Below are positions 49,911 through 64,000 of a DNA stretch of 64,000 bases, piece by piece. The stretch comes from Lepidodermella squamata (taxonomy: Eukaryota; Animalia; Gastrotricha). The notes beneath the pieces were generated by a model, which worked only from the letters and a program-made list of their open reading frames with translations, did not search any database and was not told the DNA's origin. Both the position numbers and the translations under genes were made by a program. Every line of letters starts with the position of its first letter. Position 1 is the first letter of the stretch. The stretch covers positions 682,001 through 746,000 of the forward strand of contig JBLDXI010000009.1 of NCBI GenBank assembly GCA_047495785.1, in the 5' to 3' direction.

Positions 49911-50722
49911 GGTTGCAGCGTTCGACCCCGGGAAAGTCGGCGCCCTCGCCATCTAATATACCGAACCAGTACCCGCCATTTGATGCAATCGATTTGTGTT
50001 ATTCCGCCATACTATCACTAGGAAATCACTAGATTTGCCTGGGTCTGGCTCGAAAACGGTTTGAAAAAAGCATTTTACTGCGGCAGGAATATTTCAGAAA
50101 CTAGCTTTAAAAATTATAAAAATATCTTGTTGTGATACTTTATTAATTAATTTACCAGAATCGCTTTTAAATTTATTTTTTCACGGTTTGCTGATTTCGC
50201 GCCAGTTTTCGAATGATTTACGACTTTCCCGGCAAACGATTAACTGTTAGTTACATCTTTGTTGCCGCCCTTTCCGTTGTCCGTACGCCATCGTCCATCG
50301 CGTTACGTTACAATTGGCAGCTAGATCCTAGATCAATTTCCATCTTGACGTTTGACGGGTTCGCTTTTATTTACTAATAGGTGTGGTTATTGCAGCTTCT
50401 TTACTCTGATGACTTCTAATGACCAAGTAGCTAGAAGCTAGATTTCACAATTCACAATAGATGTCTTCTAGGTTTTGGAAACAGGGCGCTGTTCACTTGC
50501 AAACGGCATTTGATCAATCATAAGATTACGAAAATAAGTTCATTGTTCGAGTCAAACGTCAAACGGTGTATACGGTGTATGGTGTCTGGTAGGGCTCGTA
50601 GTCAACTTGGCAGAGTACCTTTGCTCTCTGTTACAAATAACATCTGTATTAATTTCTAGTTGTTGTTTGTTCCCGGTTGTTTTGGTTATTTGATATTATA
50701 TTGAGTTGAGATTTGTCTTGAT

Positions 50723-52202
50723 ATGAGCACGTAAGTTTCTTTTCTCTTCGGCCTGCCTGTCACATTATCGGGTATTTCCTAGGAGGCGAGCAAAGAACTC
50801 GAAGGCGACAGGAGAAGATGTCTTAAAATTCTCTAACCCCGACGTTGCGGATTCAAATTCCAACCAGGGACGGAAGCGGCATTTTGAGAATGCCAGCCGA
50901 ACGAGACCTGAGAAGTCAGCCCGTCAAAGAAACGACTCTATTGGCAGTTTTACTTCGCCCCAGCCAGAACTGCCGCAAAGAAATGTACGCTTTCCGGCGT
51001 CGGCCTCTCGCGCTGTCAACGCTCGAGTACCTGCATCACCAGCTTTCAATCAGCCTGTGTTCCCTATTTTCAAACAGTCGACTCCAATGCACAAGGCAGG
51101 TAATACCGAGCGTGGGGCTAACACGCAAGATCGCAAGCGGGGTAGTCCAATGAAGAACCCCAGCTTGTACAAGACGCCGGAGAAGAAAAAGCGCATTTAC
51201 TCAAGCGACGAAGAGGAGCTCGAATTCAGGTGTGTATATTTTTACCCGGAGTTATATCTCTATTTTTTACTGTTTGCAGCCCGAGTGGTCGTCGAATGCC
51301 CATATCAGAGCGGAGAAACTTGTTGCAAAATACGACGCAATGGAGCGCACGCGTTGATCAAGAAGAGCGTTTTCACGGCGTATATGTTAAAAGTGTGGAA
51401 CGCCTAAAGCAGCGCTTGCTCTCTGAATCACTGCAGTCAGTTGAAACCAGCACAACGTGCAGTGAGGTGTCGGATACTTCGTTGGATCTCAGCAGCTACG
51501 AAATCGACGAGACAGTGCTGACCCGGCGCCAGAAGCAAATTGCATATGGTAAGAATACCGAGGAATACGAGTTTTATGCTCGACGAGTCGACAAGATGAG
51601 CCGTACAAGAAATGACCCGCAAACTCCTGACAAATTTGACCGCGTTTCACGCCGCCGTTTTGATGGCCGAATCCGAGTATGGAAAGTGCAGATCCATCGC
51701 TGGTTCGAGAAGCATGGCCCACCGTGAGCTCTAAATTTTGTTTGTAATCACCTGTTGAATTATCTATATGTAGGACGGAGTCTGGCGCGGCTGTCAAACC
51801 AATTGTGGCGCAAATTGTCACCGATGAAAACACCGTTACTGTGCAAGGTGGCGAAGGCACTATGACTGAGGCGCCGGTGGCTCGCCCCATGCAGTCGTCT
51901 CCGGTGAAACGATCCGCTCGCGCATGTGTGACCCGAAACATTCCTGGCATGGAGGACGAGTCCGCGGTGGACGCATTTCAATCGCCGAAAAAAGCTGCTA
52001 CGTGAGTACCTTTTCTGGTTGCAGATCTATGTGTAATTTTGAAAATAAAATTAGTACCAAGTCTTCCGAGGCTCACACCGAGTTGACCTGTGATCTTGCC
52101 GGCTTTGCCATTTGTCAAGACAGCCAATCGACGCTTACTGGCCAGCCCGCTTCAGGCTCTAGCTACCAAACGCGCAGCCGCGCTCGTTTAGTGTTTTCCT
52201 AA
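50723..52202 (+). CDS. SLBP: Histone RNA stem-loop-binding protein, paralogue 1
   Basis: VLTRRQKQIAYGKNTEEY...DPQTPDKF..SRRRFDGRIRVWKVQIHRW; SFTSP and WSARVDQEE motifs. Confidence 0.92.
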
Positions 52203-52882
52203 AACAATCTTAACGTATAGTATTTTGAAATTCCGCCTTTTTGCTACTGATTGCCAGGTGACTTGTGTCGATTCGACCAAATCTCTGTTAATTTTCTGTC
52301 AAGACAAGTGTACATTTCCTCAGAGGTATTTAGTTTAACAGCTGCCATTGATCTGAGATGGAAATGTGCATGGCTAAATTTCGTTGCCATTACTGTAAAG
52401 TACATGATTGATGCTTTTGCCTCGACATTTTAAATTTGTTGTTTGATTTTTGTCTGAAATTCGTGAGGCATGATGTATATAAAAACATAGTTTTTGCTTT
52501 CTGTCGCAGAATTAGCGCTATTTAACTACGATGAATTTCGTTTAAACTTAACCATTGTTTTGATGACTAACTTCTCTTTGTATCTGCCATGTTGATGCTA
52601 AATGCTGGTCTTATTTGATTATTTGTTTTGCAATTTTCGCACGCCTTGACCAAGGCAGTGCTAAAAATGACAATATTATAATTATATCTTTCTAATCGAA
52701 GATGTATGGCGATAACACAGAAATGTCTTGTAAATAATCAGAGCAGCGTATACGCGATTAATTTTGTCAAGTAATTTTCCTTATTCCATTTGATCAGTCT
52801 GTCTCAAACAACACATGTATAAAGTCGTTTTCAGTTTTAATGATTTTCTGTCTTTATTTTAGCATTATTAATATATATATAA

Positions 52883-53774
52883 ATGTCTTTCGATCTGTGG
52901 GGCGGAGGCATGCTGCTGTTTGAAGAGTTTCATCAGAAAATGAGGCCAACTCGACCCGGTGGTTCTCTCTCATCTGTGACGGCCTTGGCTCTTCGAATGG
53001 AAAAGGAGAAAAACCGCAAGGACGAAGAACGGAGGAGCAAACAGATCAGCTACGGCTACGCGACCAAGGAGTACAAGTACTACGTCAAAACAATTCCTAA
53101 GTTTGTCTCATTTCTCATATTTGTTCATGTTTCCATCGCATGCTCTTAATTTTCTTAGGAACGCGCGAAAAAGAGGCGACCCAACTACCCCCGACAAGGC
53201 CGGCGCCGAGTCTGTGTCTCGAAGGCGCTGGGATGGCCGCGTAAAGTCATGGCGCAAAGGTGACTACTCAGGGAATCATCGTTGGTCGTTAATTTTATCG
53301 AGGATTTTTCACAGCCCTTCACAAGTGGTATGATATTCACGGGCCACAGTCGATTTCGACTAGTAGCGGTAGCGTTATCAGAAGCGAAACCGGTCTATCT
53401 GAAAAAGATCGGTTATCCGGTTTGGACAACGCGAGTCCTGATATTGCTGGAATGATTTCAGGACTGCACATTGGCGATAAACCCAGTTCAGGCACTAAGG
53501 CTAACTTGCAGACCGAGTCTCAACCTACTGTCAACAATTCTTCGTCCGAAATCTTGGCTGGTATTTTCTTTCAAATGATTCAGCAGCAGAACTTGATGCT
53601 GACCTGGGCTTTTCAAAACGCCAACAACTCTCAATTCACCGCTGTTTGTGAAATGCTCCAGCAATTTTTCGCTCAACAGGCATTGATTCTCAATTGGTAT
53701 GCCCATTTGTCCGCAATTTTCATCGTTGATTTTTTTATCCTTACAGCCTTGTTGAAAACTCGAACCGACAATGA
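52883..53774 (+). CDS. Divergent second SLBP-domain protein
   Basis: RRSKQISYGYATKEYKYY..IPK|NARKRGDPTTPDK..SRRRWDGRVKSWRK|ALHKWYD; Gln-rich C-terminus. Confidence 0.85.
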
Positions 53775-54718
53775 GTACCGTGTTCCCCGACGGCCATTTC
53801 ATTTTCTTACCGATATTCTTACCGAAGTATTGTTGGTTGATTTTGTTAATGTTTCAATAAAATGAGATTCGCTCACGCCATGTCTTGTCTTCTTTGTTTT
53901 GTTCCTTCAAAACTGCTTACGTTCCAAGTGCACAAGGAAATGATTGGTAACCGCCATAATCAGATTTGATCTCGTCAATTGAAGCTGAAGGGATCAAAAG
54001 TCACACGTCTAGTCGAGTTGAAGGCATGCCGAAATCGATCGAATTTGACGTGACGTGCGATTCAACATCATCTGTGGTGGTGACTTGGAAATGGACCGAA
54101 TTCTACTGTATGTAGTAGAGGTGGTAGGGTTAGTGGGATTCATGAGGCTCAACAAATGTTTTCAGTCAAATAACACCTAACAAACCTGAATTTCGAGTAG
54201 CAGCAATAAACCCATCAAGTGAGAGGCATATCTCACCGGTGGTTATATATGGCCTAATTTTGTGACTGATTAAACCCAAAAACAGATGAACATAGATAGC
54301 AGGTTTGTCAACTCAACTAACCCTGTTGTCTGTTGTTAAACAATAAACTCTTCAAAGTAAAAGAATGCATGAAGAACCAATGAAAATTGAAAAATATGCT
54401 TATTCTTCTTCGGATGAATAATTCACTACATAAAATCATGCTTTCCATCGTTTGTCAGGTTATGTGAAAAGATTTTACAACAAAACTTGGAATGGCGCAA
54501 ACTTGACCTAAAACTTTCGAGGTCTACTATGTCTTAATGATAAGCTAATGTAAATGTTAAAAAGAACCCATCCGCCGATCGTGAAGGTGATTCGCGAGAA
54601 TAAATAATTCAGACACTATAATAATTCATTTATGCTTTCAATGGATCAGCCATTATCTTTATTAACGAAAGAACGAAGACATTTTAATAAGTCGAAAATG
54701 TTCGAACTGAGACCTTTA

Positions 54719-56008
54719 TCAAATAAAATCATGCAATGAGTCATCACATCGCTTGTAACCGGCTTCATGATCACTGATGGTTGAAAAGTCATCACACTTG
54801 AGAGCAAGCTTACGAACATACTTGCCCAGGCGGACTAGTTCACGGTCAGTTGCACGGTTGGCATGAGCATTTCGAAAGGGGCGAATACGGCAACCATTTT
54901 TTTCGTTCATGATGTAATTGCGCTTGATGTCATCGACAAACAGTGTGTTTTTCGGCGACCAACCGTGCTGCTCACCAAATTTCTTCCAAATAACACCTAG
55001 TGGTTTGACATCGACGACAGCATTTCGGTCAGGCAGGTGAACGCTTATCATATGCGACGAGTCCATGTAGGCAACAATTTTATAAGCAGTCGCCGAAGCC
55101 ACGCCAAGTTCCTTTGAGGACAAATATTGCATAATAAAACACATTTAGCCAAAAATCGTTACCTGCATCTTTGCAACAATCCACTTCATTGATGTTGCAG
55201 CTGGAAGAATCAAATTATGTCAAAATGGTTAGATTAGGAATTTCGTCTTACACCAAATAATGATATCGTAATATTGGTACGACAGTGTAAGAAATTCATG
55301 CAGATATGGCCGCATTAGCTCTTCTCCGCGCTCTGCGATGGACTTGTGATCTTTGAAAAAAGGTTGAGTATTCAAAGCCACAAGTCACTTCAAAAAATAC
55401 CGAACAGCGTGTAGTCAATATCCAAAACTAGCAACTTCTTGCCAGGGCGAGGTTCATTAAGGAACTCTATTTTAACCATGTCGACCCGTCTTTGGATCTT
55501 TGCCAGATTTTCTTCCCTTAAAGTTCAGGAATTGGAAACATAAAAGTTTTATAAATTTGTAAATACCTTTCTGCCACAGCTTTGACGGATTCTGGGACAA
55601 AATCGAAGTCGTCGATAATTTCGCCGATATCCTCTCGCTCACGAACCATTTCCTCCTGCGGTGCCACGATTGAATTACTTCATGGAAACTAGTAGAGCAC
55701 TTACGATAACTTCGTCTGGTTGGCCCATTAATATCAGCTTGACGCCTTTTTTCAATTTGAGAGCACTAAGCAAAGTTCCATCACCTTGAGAATCTGATAG
55801 GAGAAAAGCCTAATTCATGAATGGATTCAATAGGTCTCTTCTAACCAGTCAGTTTCACGCCCAAAATCTTCTGATTTCCAGGTTGAACGCGAGTCAGCCT
55901 GTATATTTCTTCACGCAAGTCACTCAAACTTGCAACTTCGGGATCAAGATTTCGAATAGGGAACTCAGCGCCATTCCATTTAATTGTAATATCGAGCGTA
56001 TCAGTCAT
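54719..56008 (-). CDS. UBLCP1: Ubiquitin-like-domain CTD phosphatase 1
   Basis: [20 protein letters not shown] (UBL); [57 protein letters not shown]. Confidence 0.95.
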
Positions 56009-56326
56009 CTAAATGTTTCAAAAGTCGATGATCAGGATTGTCAATAAGAGCTAAAACTTTTATTAAACTAATAATTGAAGCTCTCCTATTTATATATATA
56101 TTTATATTTATGACTACGTCGGATTTTTTTATCGAAAACAGGGATCACTGATTAGAGCACACCGCATGTATAAGGCACCATCGTTGATTTTTGACACAAC
56201 AAATTCAAGCACAGGTAGTTTTGAAACAATAACAACATATAGCATTTGATTATCGCTAGGCTGAAATCTTGAAAAATGTACGCCGAATAGAGCAAGGCGG
56301 AGCATTCGTTTTGTATTCTGAGCAAT

Positions 56327-58293
<1,967 letters not shown>

Positions 58294-58483
58294 CTAACTA
58301 TCTATTAAACACATAAAAGAGTTGACAACAAGTTCAGCAGATATAATATAAAATATGGTGAGCCGGTAGCCAATCAATCCAAAAGCAAGAGCAGCATATT
58401 CATCGACACCGATCATACAATTCAGATCAGACTAGCATAAACTTCAGCAAACCCACGAGTCAGAGGCCTAGAAGAAGGGGCTA

Positions 58484-58498
58484 CGAACATTCGGGAAC
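58484..58498. promoter_or_regulatory. Heat-shock element
   Basis: cGAAc-aTTCg-gGAAc, three alternating nGAAn units ~200 nt upstream of the HSP60 ATG. Confidence 0.75.
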
Positions 58499-59461
58499 AC
58501 TAAGCGGTCGCGAGACTGGCATGCAACAGGCCCACGTGACCAACCCTTGGCCTACCGCAGCACGTGCAGAGCGCGTCAAAACTCCCGGTTCCCGGTAAAT
58601 AATGATTAGTTTTGTTTAAAGTAAAACAAAATGGCAAATAAATATTTCTCATCTTACGACCCAATATAGTTCACGGTCGGCAAATTTAGAATTCTGGATT
58701 TTCGATTTTCGATCGGGTTTTTTTTTAAAAAGGGACTCAGCGCGTATTTCAGATTCCGGCTAGCCCATCCGTCCTGAGTTTAATCGCCCCATGGGTGTTT
58801 GCGTGCAAGAGGGCGTGATGAACTGAACGGAAATTAAACTTTGCAAATACCTCCACGTTTCTCTCGTTTGGAAATGCTGAAACTTCTTCATCCCCATGCA
58901 AAATCTTGATCTTGAATGCATTGTTTGTGGAACATGGAGACCAAAGTCCTAAGTCTCACCCAGCTCTGTATCAAATCATCAATATCTTACTCTTGGAGCT
59001 GGACCAGCTTTCTCGAGGCCTTTACGAGGAGATTACAGATATGGTGTATAATCTGGCCCATATAGTGATAATTCAAAGCTGGCAGCTGGAAGTCGCAAAC
59101 TGAGAAGTTCGCTAAGAAAAGAGGCAAAGAAGAGAAATGCAGGAGTTATTGTTTCTTCAATTAATTGCTTCTTTTCTAGGTCATTGGTCCTTGATTGATT
59201 GTACGCTTATTTTCATGCCAGGTCGTTAGAATTTTCTAACGGCTAACGGCATAAGATTCTGATATCACCGTGTTCATCACTAATATCTTGATGATTCGCT
59301 TGTATGCGATGTGCTCTGCCTGACCGTTAAACCAGGGCGAAGTGCTTGGTATTGATGCCTCATTTGTCTTTTTCAATTCTTATGTTTATATTTTCTTTGA
59401 TCTAGGTATTGTTTATATGTCCATGCATGATTAGCTATAGTGCTTTCGTGTTCCTTTGATA

Positions 59462-61815
59462 ATGATACCAGCGAAGTTGGTGGGAATTTGTATTAACGAT
59501 AAAGAAAAATTCTCTTTCAAAGCTAATCAGCTACCATTTGTTTTCGATGAAGCCACTGTGGTAATTTGATAGCTTTTTTGAAATTATCTAAATAAAATTT
59601 ATTTCGTTTGAAGATGGTGATTCAATTTGAAGAGAACAATCCATTGTCAGATACCACATCATTTCACAACAATACCCCTGAATTTGCCGAATTTGAACAA
59701 AGATTCAACCTGTTGTCAAAAGATGATATCGACGAGCACGTTTGTTTACATCAGAGCGATGTGATGTCGATGCTATCTGAGACGGCGCATTGCGTTGGAT
59801 GCCGAAGAAGGTACATGAACTAATTTCGAATTGCATTACGTGGTTGAACTGTTATACAACAATTGTCGTTTTAGTGCCGAAGATATGCTTGCTCAAGCTG
59901 CGGAGACTAATCCACTCGCTTTTGATCCACTTCACGTGTCATCTCAGAGCTGCGTCAGTGTGGAAAGGCGATATCAGAAGAAACCTGGGCTTTCTAGGAG
60001 CTTATTTTTGCTGCTAAATCACCATTTGTAAGATCATCTACTTACTAATTTTTCTTATATGAACTGGCGAATCTACTTTAGGAATCGGATTTCGCCACAA
60101 ATTGAGGCAATGATTCGCTGTCGGCGCTCTCGCCGCTGCGCTGTCCATTCGCTAGATTCACAAAGACCTCGTACTTCCACCGGCTGGTTGGACGTTTGGG
60201 AGTTGATGAGTGAAGAATGCCGCAAAGAAATGGCCGTTGTTGATGCCGACGGCTTATTAACGACATTGAATGATTATGTCCAACGTCACAAGTCGGTTCA
60301 TCGCCTTATATACGCAAAGTATATATTTTTATTTACAAATTAGATTCTGTTCGGAGTGCAAATCCCGCGTTTTAACTGCTTATGACATATTGGTAGGCAG
60401 TGAAGAAGGAGCTCATGTCAAAGGATTTTCTGCAACCTTGTATCAGAAAATTAGTGCTTGTTCGTCTTCCAATCACCTTCATTTACCTTGCGAATCGGAT
60501 TTTTTGTCGTCACTCATATCAAGAGCCGAACCAGAGCTTTTTGGAAGGTAATAATATATTTCGCTAGCATAATTTATTTCATAAATTTATCGATTTTAGT
60601 CAGAGAGAAAGACATGCTAATACGGTAGATGCTGCTCAGGAAGAAGTGTTAACATGCGTCGGGCTGCATGTTTTCGATCGCTTTCATCGATTGGCCAGTA
60701 GGCTGCGAGCAGATCACCAAACTTGGAATTTACTGATTTTCACATGCCTTTTGGCACTAAAGCGGAAATTCGATATAATTGTCGAGCAGCGTCGAGGTCT
60801 AGCTCATATCGACGCTGTGTGCGCTGAGTTGCAAGAGATGGATAAATCCAAAGAGAAGAAAAAGCAAGACAAGAAGAAGAAAAGAAAGGACAAAAAGAAG
60901 CTCACGGTATCCATGTCGAATGATGCTGTAAGTGCCAATGGCGCTAACAGTGACGAAAATCACGGTGCTGGCAGTGGAACAGAAATCGGGGAAAGTGCAA
61001 ATGCCTGTGAGGACTCGGAACACTCGCCTTGCGCCGATAAGTCTGTATCCGAGCACATTTGCAATTGTGATTGTCAGATGTCATCAAAATGCTTAAGAGG
61101 CATGAAAATCGGCGAAAGCTCGAGTGACATGGATATTGATTCCGACGATGTCGTCGATTCGTCTTCCCCAAATCATTGCATTCACTACCTTCACCATTCT
61201 TGCCCTTCATCAAACGAAAAAGCCAACTCGGAGCCTAACCGTGTACAATGTAGTGTTATTGCTGACAGTGACGAGTCAGGGCGCGGTAGCTCACCCATGT
61301 CGTTTTCGACGCCTCAAGCACGATCTTCCCCACCGAGTGCCCTTGTAATGAGTCAATCGTCCTCGTCAGACCATGTGTTTGGTATTACTCATACTTGTGT
61401 TACTAACGATTCTAATCTGAGTGTTTCGTCCCCGAAAACATGCAAATGTGATCAAATTCATAGCAATGCGCGAAACGGGAAGACCCGATCACCCATTCCG
61501 AAATTACCAAAGCCTTGCAATGATCCTTGTGGTGTAAGTTGGACAATATCTTTGTTAATTATATCTAACTTGACTATTTAGGGTGAAATTGAAGTTGCGT
61601 CTCTGGCATTCCACAACAGCGGCTGTTTTTGTAAAGGCGATGATGAAGAGGATGAGGATGGCGAGGATGAGCTGACAGAAGAAGAACTGCGTCAATTCGA
61701 CGCGGAACTTTTGAAAGCTCAAAGAGAAGCCTTGCGTCAACGCATTCGAGAACAATTTAACCTACGGCTCAAGCAATTGGCTGCCGGTGGTGGACCGCAG
61801 GTGGTCAACAGGTAG
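59462..61815 (+). CDS. GGNBP2: Gametogenetin-binding protein 2 homologue
   Basis: AKLV..NQLP, CVGCRRS, RCAVHSLDS, WLDVWELMSEEC, FCSECKSRV, RAEPELFG, RERHA.T.D.AQEEVLTC, REALRQRIREQF. Confidence 0.92.
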
Positions 61816-63193
61816 TTGGTGCAGTCAACGCCAACGGAGCGCATCAGTTGCTCTCTTTCGGGGTGTACAGTTTGTCATCGCATATCGGCTAATCATATAA
61901 CTCATGTTCCTCTTTCATATGCTTTGTCATTCCCTTCCTGAATAAGAAGGATTCCGCACCTATTTGGTATTTTGTTATAGTCTTCGCAAAGTCTTCAGTG
62001 GGGAGTTGTAGCTAATTGGTAAAGGAACAAGAAACGCTTACTTGGATCTCCCGGTGTGCTTTGCCGTATCGAGATTTGAACCTTTGAACTATCTTTAAGT
62101 TTGGAAGGAAATCGCGTTACTAGCCTTGAAGATCAAGTGCGTTATAATAATTTCTGTTCGTACATTCATTCCGAAGAATAACTAAAATTGTATTTATACA
62201 TTGCGAATCGGTTATGGCTACCTATTTTCGTGTTAGGTGAAATCTTGCGCGAAAAGCGCGATAAAAGTTGTGAGAGGGATCGAGAGACAGAGAAATTTCT
62301 AGAGAGAGTGAGACATTGATAACTTCTAGTTTACAGTTCAGGGAATTTTCTAATTGCTGCAAAATTATTACAATACAAACGACGTTATTTCTTGTTACAC
62401 TCTTATGCCTATCTCATCTAATGTGCACGTTTTTGTTGGTTTGATTAATTATTTGAAATACGTTTATTCTTGTCCAAAGTGATCACATGCCAGCTCATCA
62501 TAAAAAATGGAATTAATAAGTTTATGAAGGATGCGTTGTCACTGCGCTTTATTCCTGCTTTATTCCTGTTCAAGGCAGTTTCGAGAGGCACATTCCGGCC
62601 ATATTTTAACCGAGTGGCCCTTATAATGATGTTTTATTCACGCGGAACATGGCTGAGCACTGTGAGGCTGGAGCGACCGTGATATCTAGAATCTAATTGG
62701 TTCGTGTTAAAGGGAAATGAAATGCATCGCACTCTTTCTTGAAAGTCGCAGGCGCGGCACTTTTAGAAAGATTCGCCACTTTTATGTCACAATATAATCA
62801 TGAAAATCGTTTATTTGAAACAAAGTATATATTTATCTTCTTTATTTGTTTATCAACATTCTTCTTCAACTTGAACGGTTATATGAAGACACTGCTTCTA
62901 AATTCTATGATTATTGAGGACACTAATATTATCTGATGAAATTATTGAGCGAGACTTGCGACTGTCTCCGTAAATTAATTATTATTTCTGTATTACTTGA
63001 TGAGAAAGGAGGATGCGGTTAAATCAATGGATAAGTGTCATTATGTGTTTGCCATTTGAGCAATCTGACCTGTACTACAACTACTAATAATCATAATAAC
63101 AACTGAAAGCCGATGCTACGTAATAAAGCTCATGTTGGGTTTATACCTTGCTTAATTGTGTTGTTTGGTATTTAGGTTTTAAATTTTTATATT

Positions 63194-64000
63194 ATGGCTT
63201 CTCTCGAGTCACCCATAACTGCAGATGCTCCAGCTATAACCTCGCCCACAACTGCTGCCGCTTCAATTAACATCGGTGATTCGGCAATAAATCCTTCTCT
63301 CGGCCTTCGAATCACTGTTGATTTAACTGAAGCTCCTGCTGTTTCTAATAAACAAGATGACTTCATTGTGCAAAGATTACTCAGTGACGACCACGAAGAA
63401 GAGCTACTTGCGGCCGAACCGTTGACAACTGAGACGTCAACTACGCCCGAAGTCCACTTCGTGGACAATACCGGAATGTTCTCGCCTAAGGCCAAAGTGA
63501 CCAAAAATGTTATTGTCACCAGCGATAAAAAATATATCAATCGTAATGCCGGTTTTGTCGTTGGTTTTGAACGGGGCACGGACGAATGGAAGCAGAAGGT
63601 TGCGACGCGAGGTGCCCGTTTCGGCACTGGTGCACCGGAGGAGATACCGATCCCTGTCGCAGAACCTATCGAATTCGCTATCACTGAAGATTTCGATATC
63701 AGTGCGCTGTATGAAAGGTTAATATCTACTAAAATTCCGTTTTCCGTTTTCTAATCCTGCTTTTTTTAAACAGCGTGGGTCTAACCTCAGATATATTGAC
63801 AAAGGACGCAGATAAACTTCGACTGACGGCTATTCACGTCCGAGGACTGGACGATATGTCGACAGAAGACGTTTTAACCTATTTTCGTGCTTTCAGCCCG
63901 TCATTCCTCGAATGGATCGACGATACTTCGTGCAATGTTGTTTGGACAGATGAAACTCTCGCCGCTAGAGCGCTTCAAGCACTCTCGAAAGCGGTAGAGG
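63194..64000 (+). CDS. NCBP3: Nuclear cap-binding protein subunit 3, 5' part (runs off window end)
   Basis: RGARFG...RLTAIHVRGLDDMSTEDVLTYF...EWIDDTSCNVVW. Confidence 0.9.

Noticed and set aside
49900-49945. tRNA or SINE from GTTCGAC
   Set aside because: No cloverleaf or A-box; adjoins the LINE relic.
50195-50203. E2F-like TTTCGCGCC upstream of SLBP
   Set aside because: A single short motif ~520 nt from the ATG; chance occurrence cannot be excluded.

Overview
Gene-dense animal (probably invertebrate) genomic DNA with very short GT-AG introns (mostly ~45-65 nt). P2X, transferrin, SelM and 8-kDa EF-hand genes suggest a compact non-nematode genome, possibly spiralian; the species cannot be determined. 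About 20 spliced genes were reconstructed by eye: SPNS (3' end), KMT5A/PR-Set7, GTF3C1, cytospin/SPECC1, P2X, ZYG11/ZER1, two EF-hand paralogues, a TLDc gene with a nested C-type lectin, selenoprotein M with SECIS, a melanotransferrin-like gene, AKR1, EXOSC1, an orphan, BCCIP, two SLBP paralogues, UBLCP1, HSP60, GGNBP2 and NCBP3 (5' end). Mobile DNA comprises one intact LINE with 13-bp TSDs, a truncated LINE, two LINE relics and several MITEs. Main signals: (1) a recurring poly(A) hexamer followed ~35-50 nt later by an apparently unpaired splice acceptor and then an ATG between tightly packed co-oriented genes, suggesting operons resolved by trans-splicing; (2) a young LINE whose ORF1 and ORF2 are in frame, separated by one amber codon, with the endonuclease N-terminal motif upstream of any in-frame AUG; (3) a UGA-recoded SelM with a GUGA-type SECIS that the ORF track misses; (4) a lectin nested antisense in a 3-kb intron. 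Exon boundaries are manual and family calls rest on recalled motifs; no searches were run.
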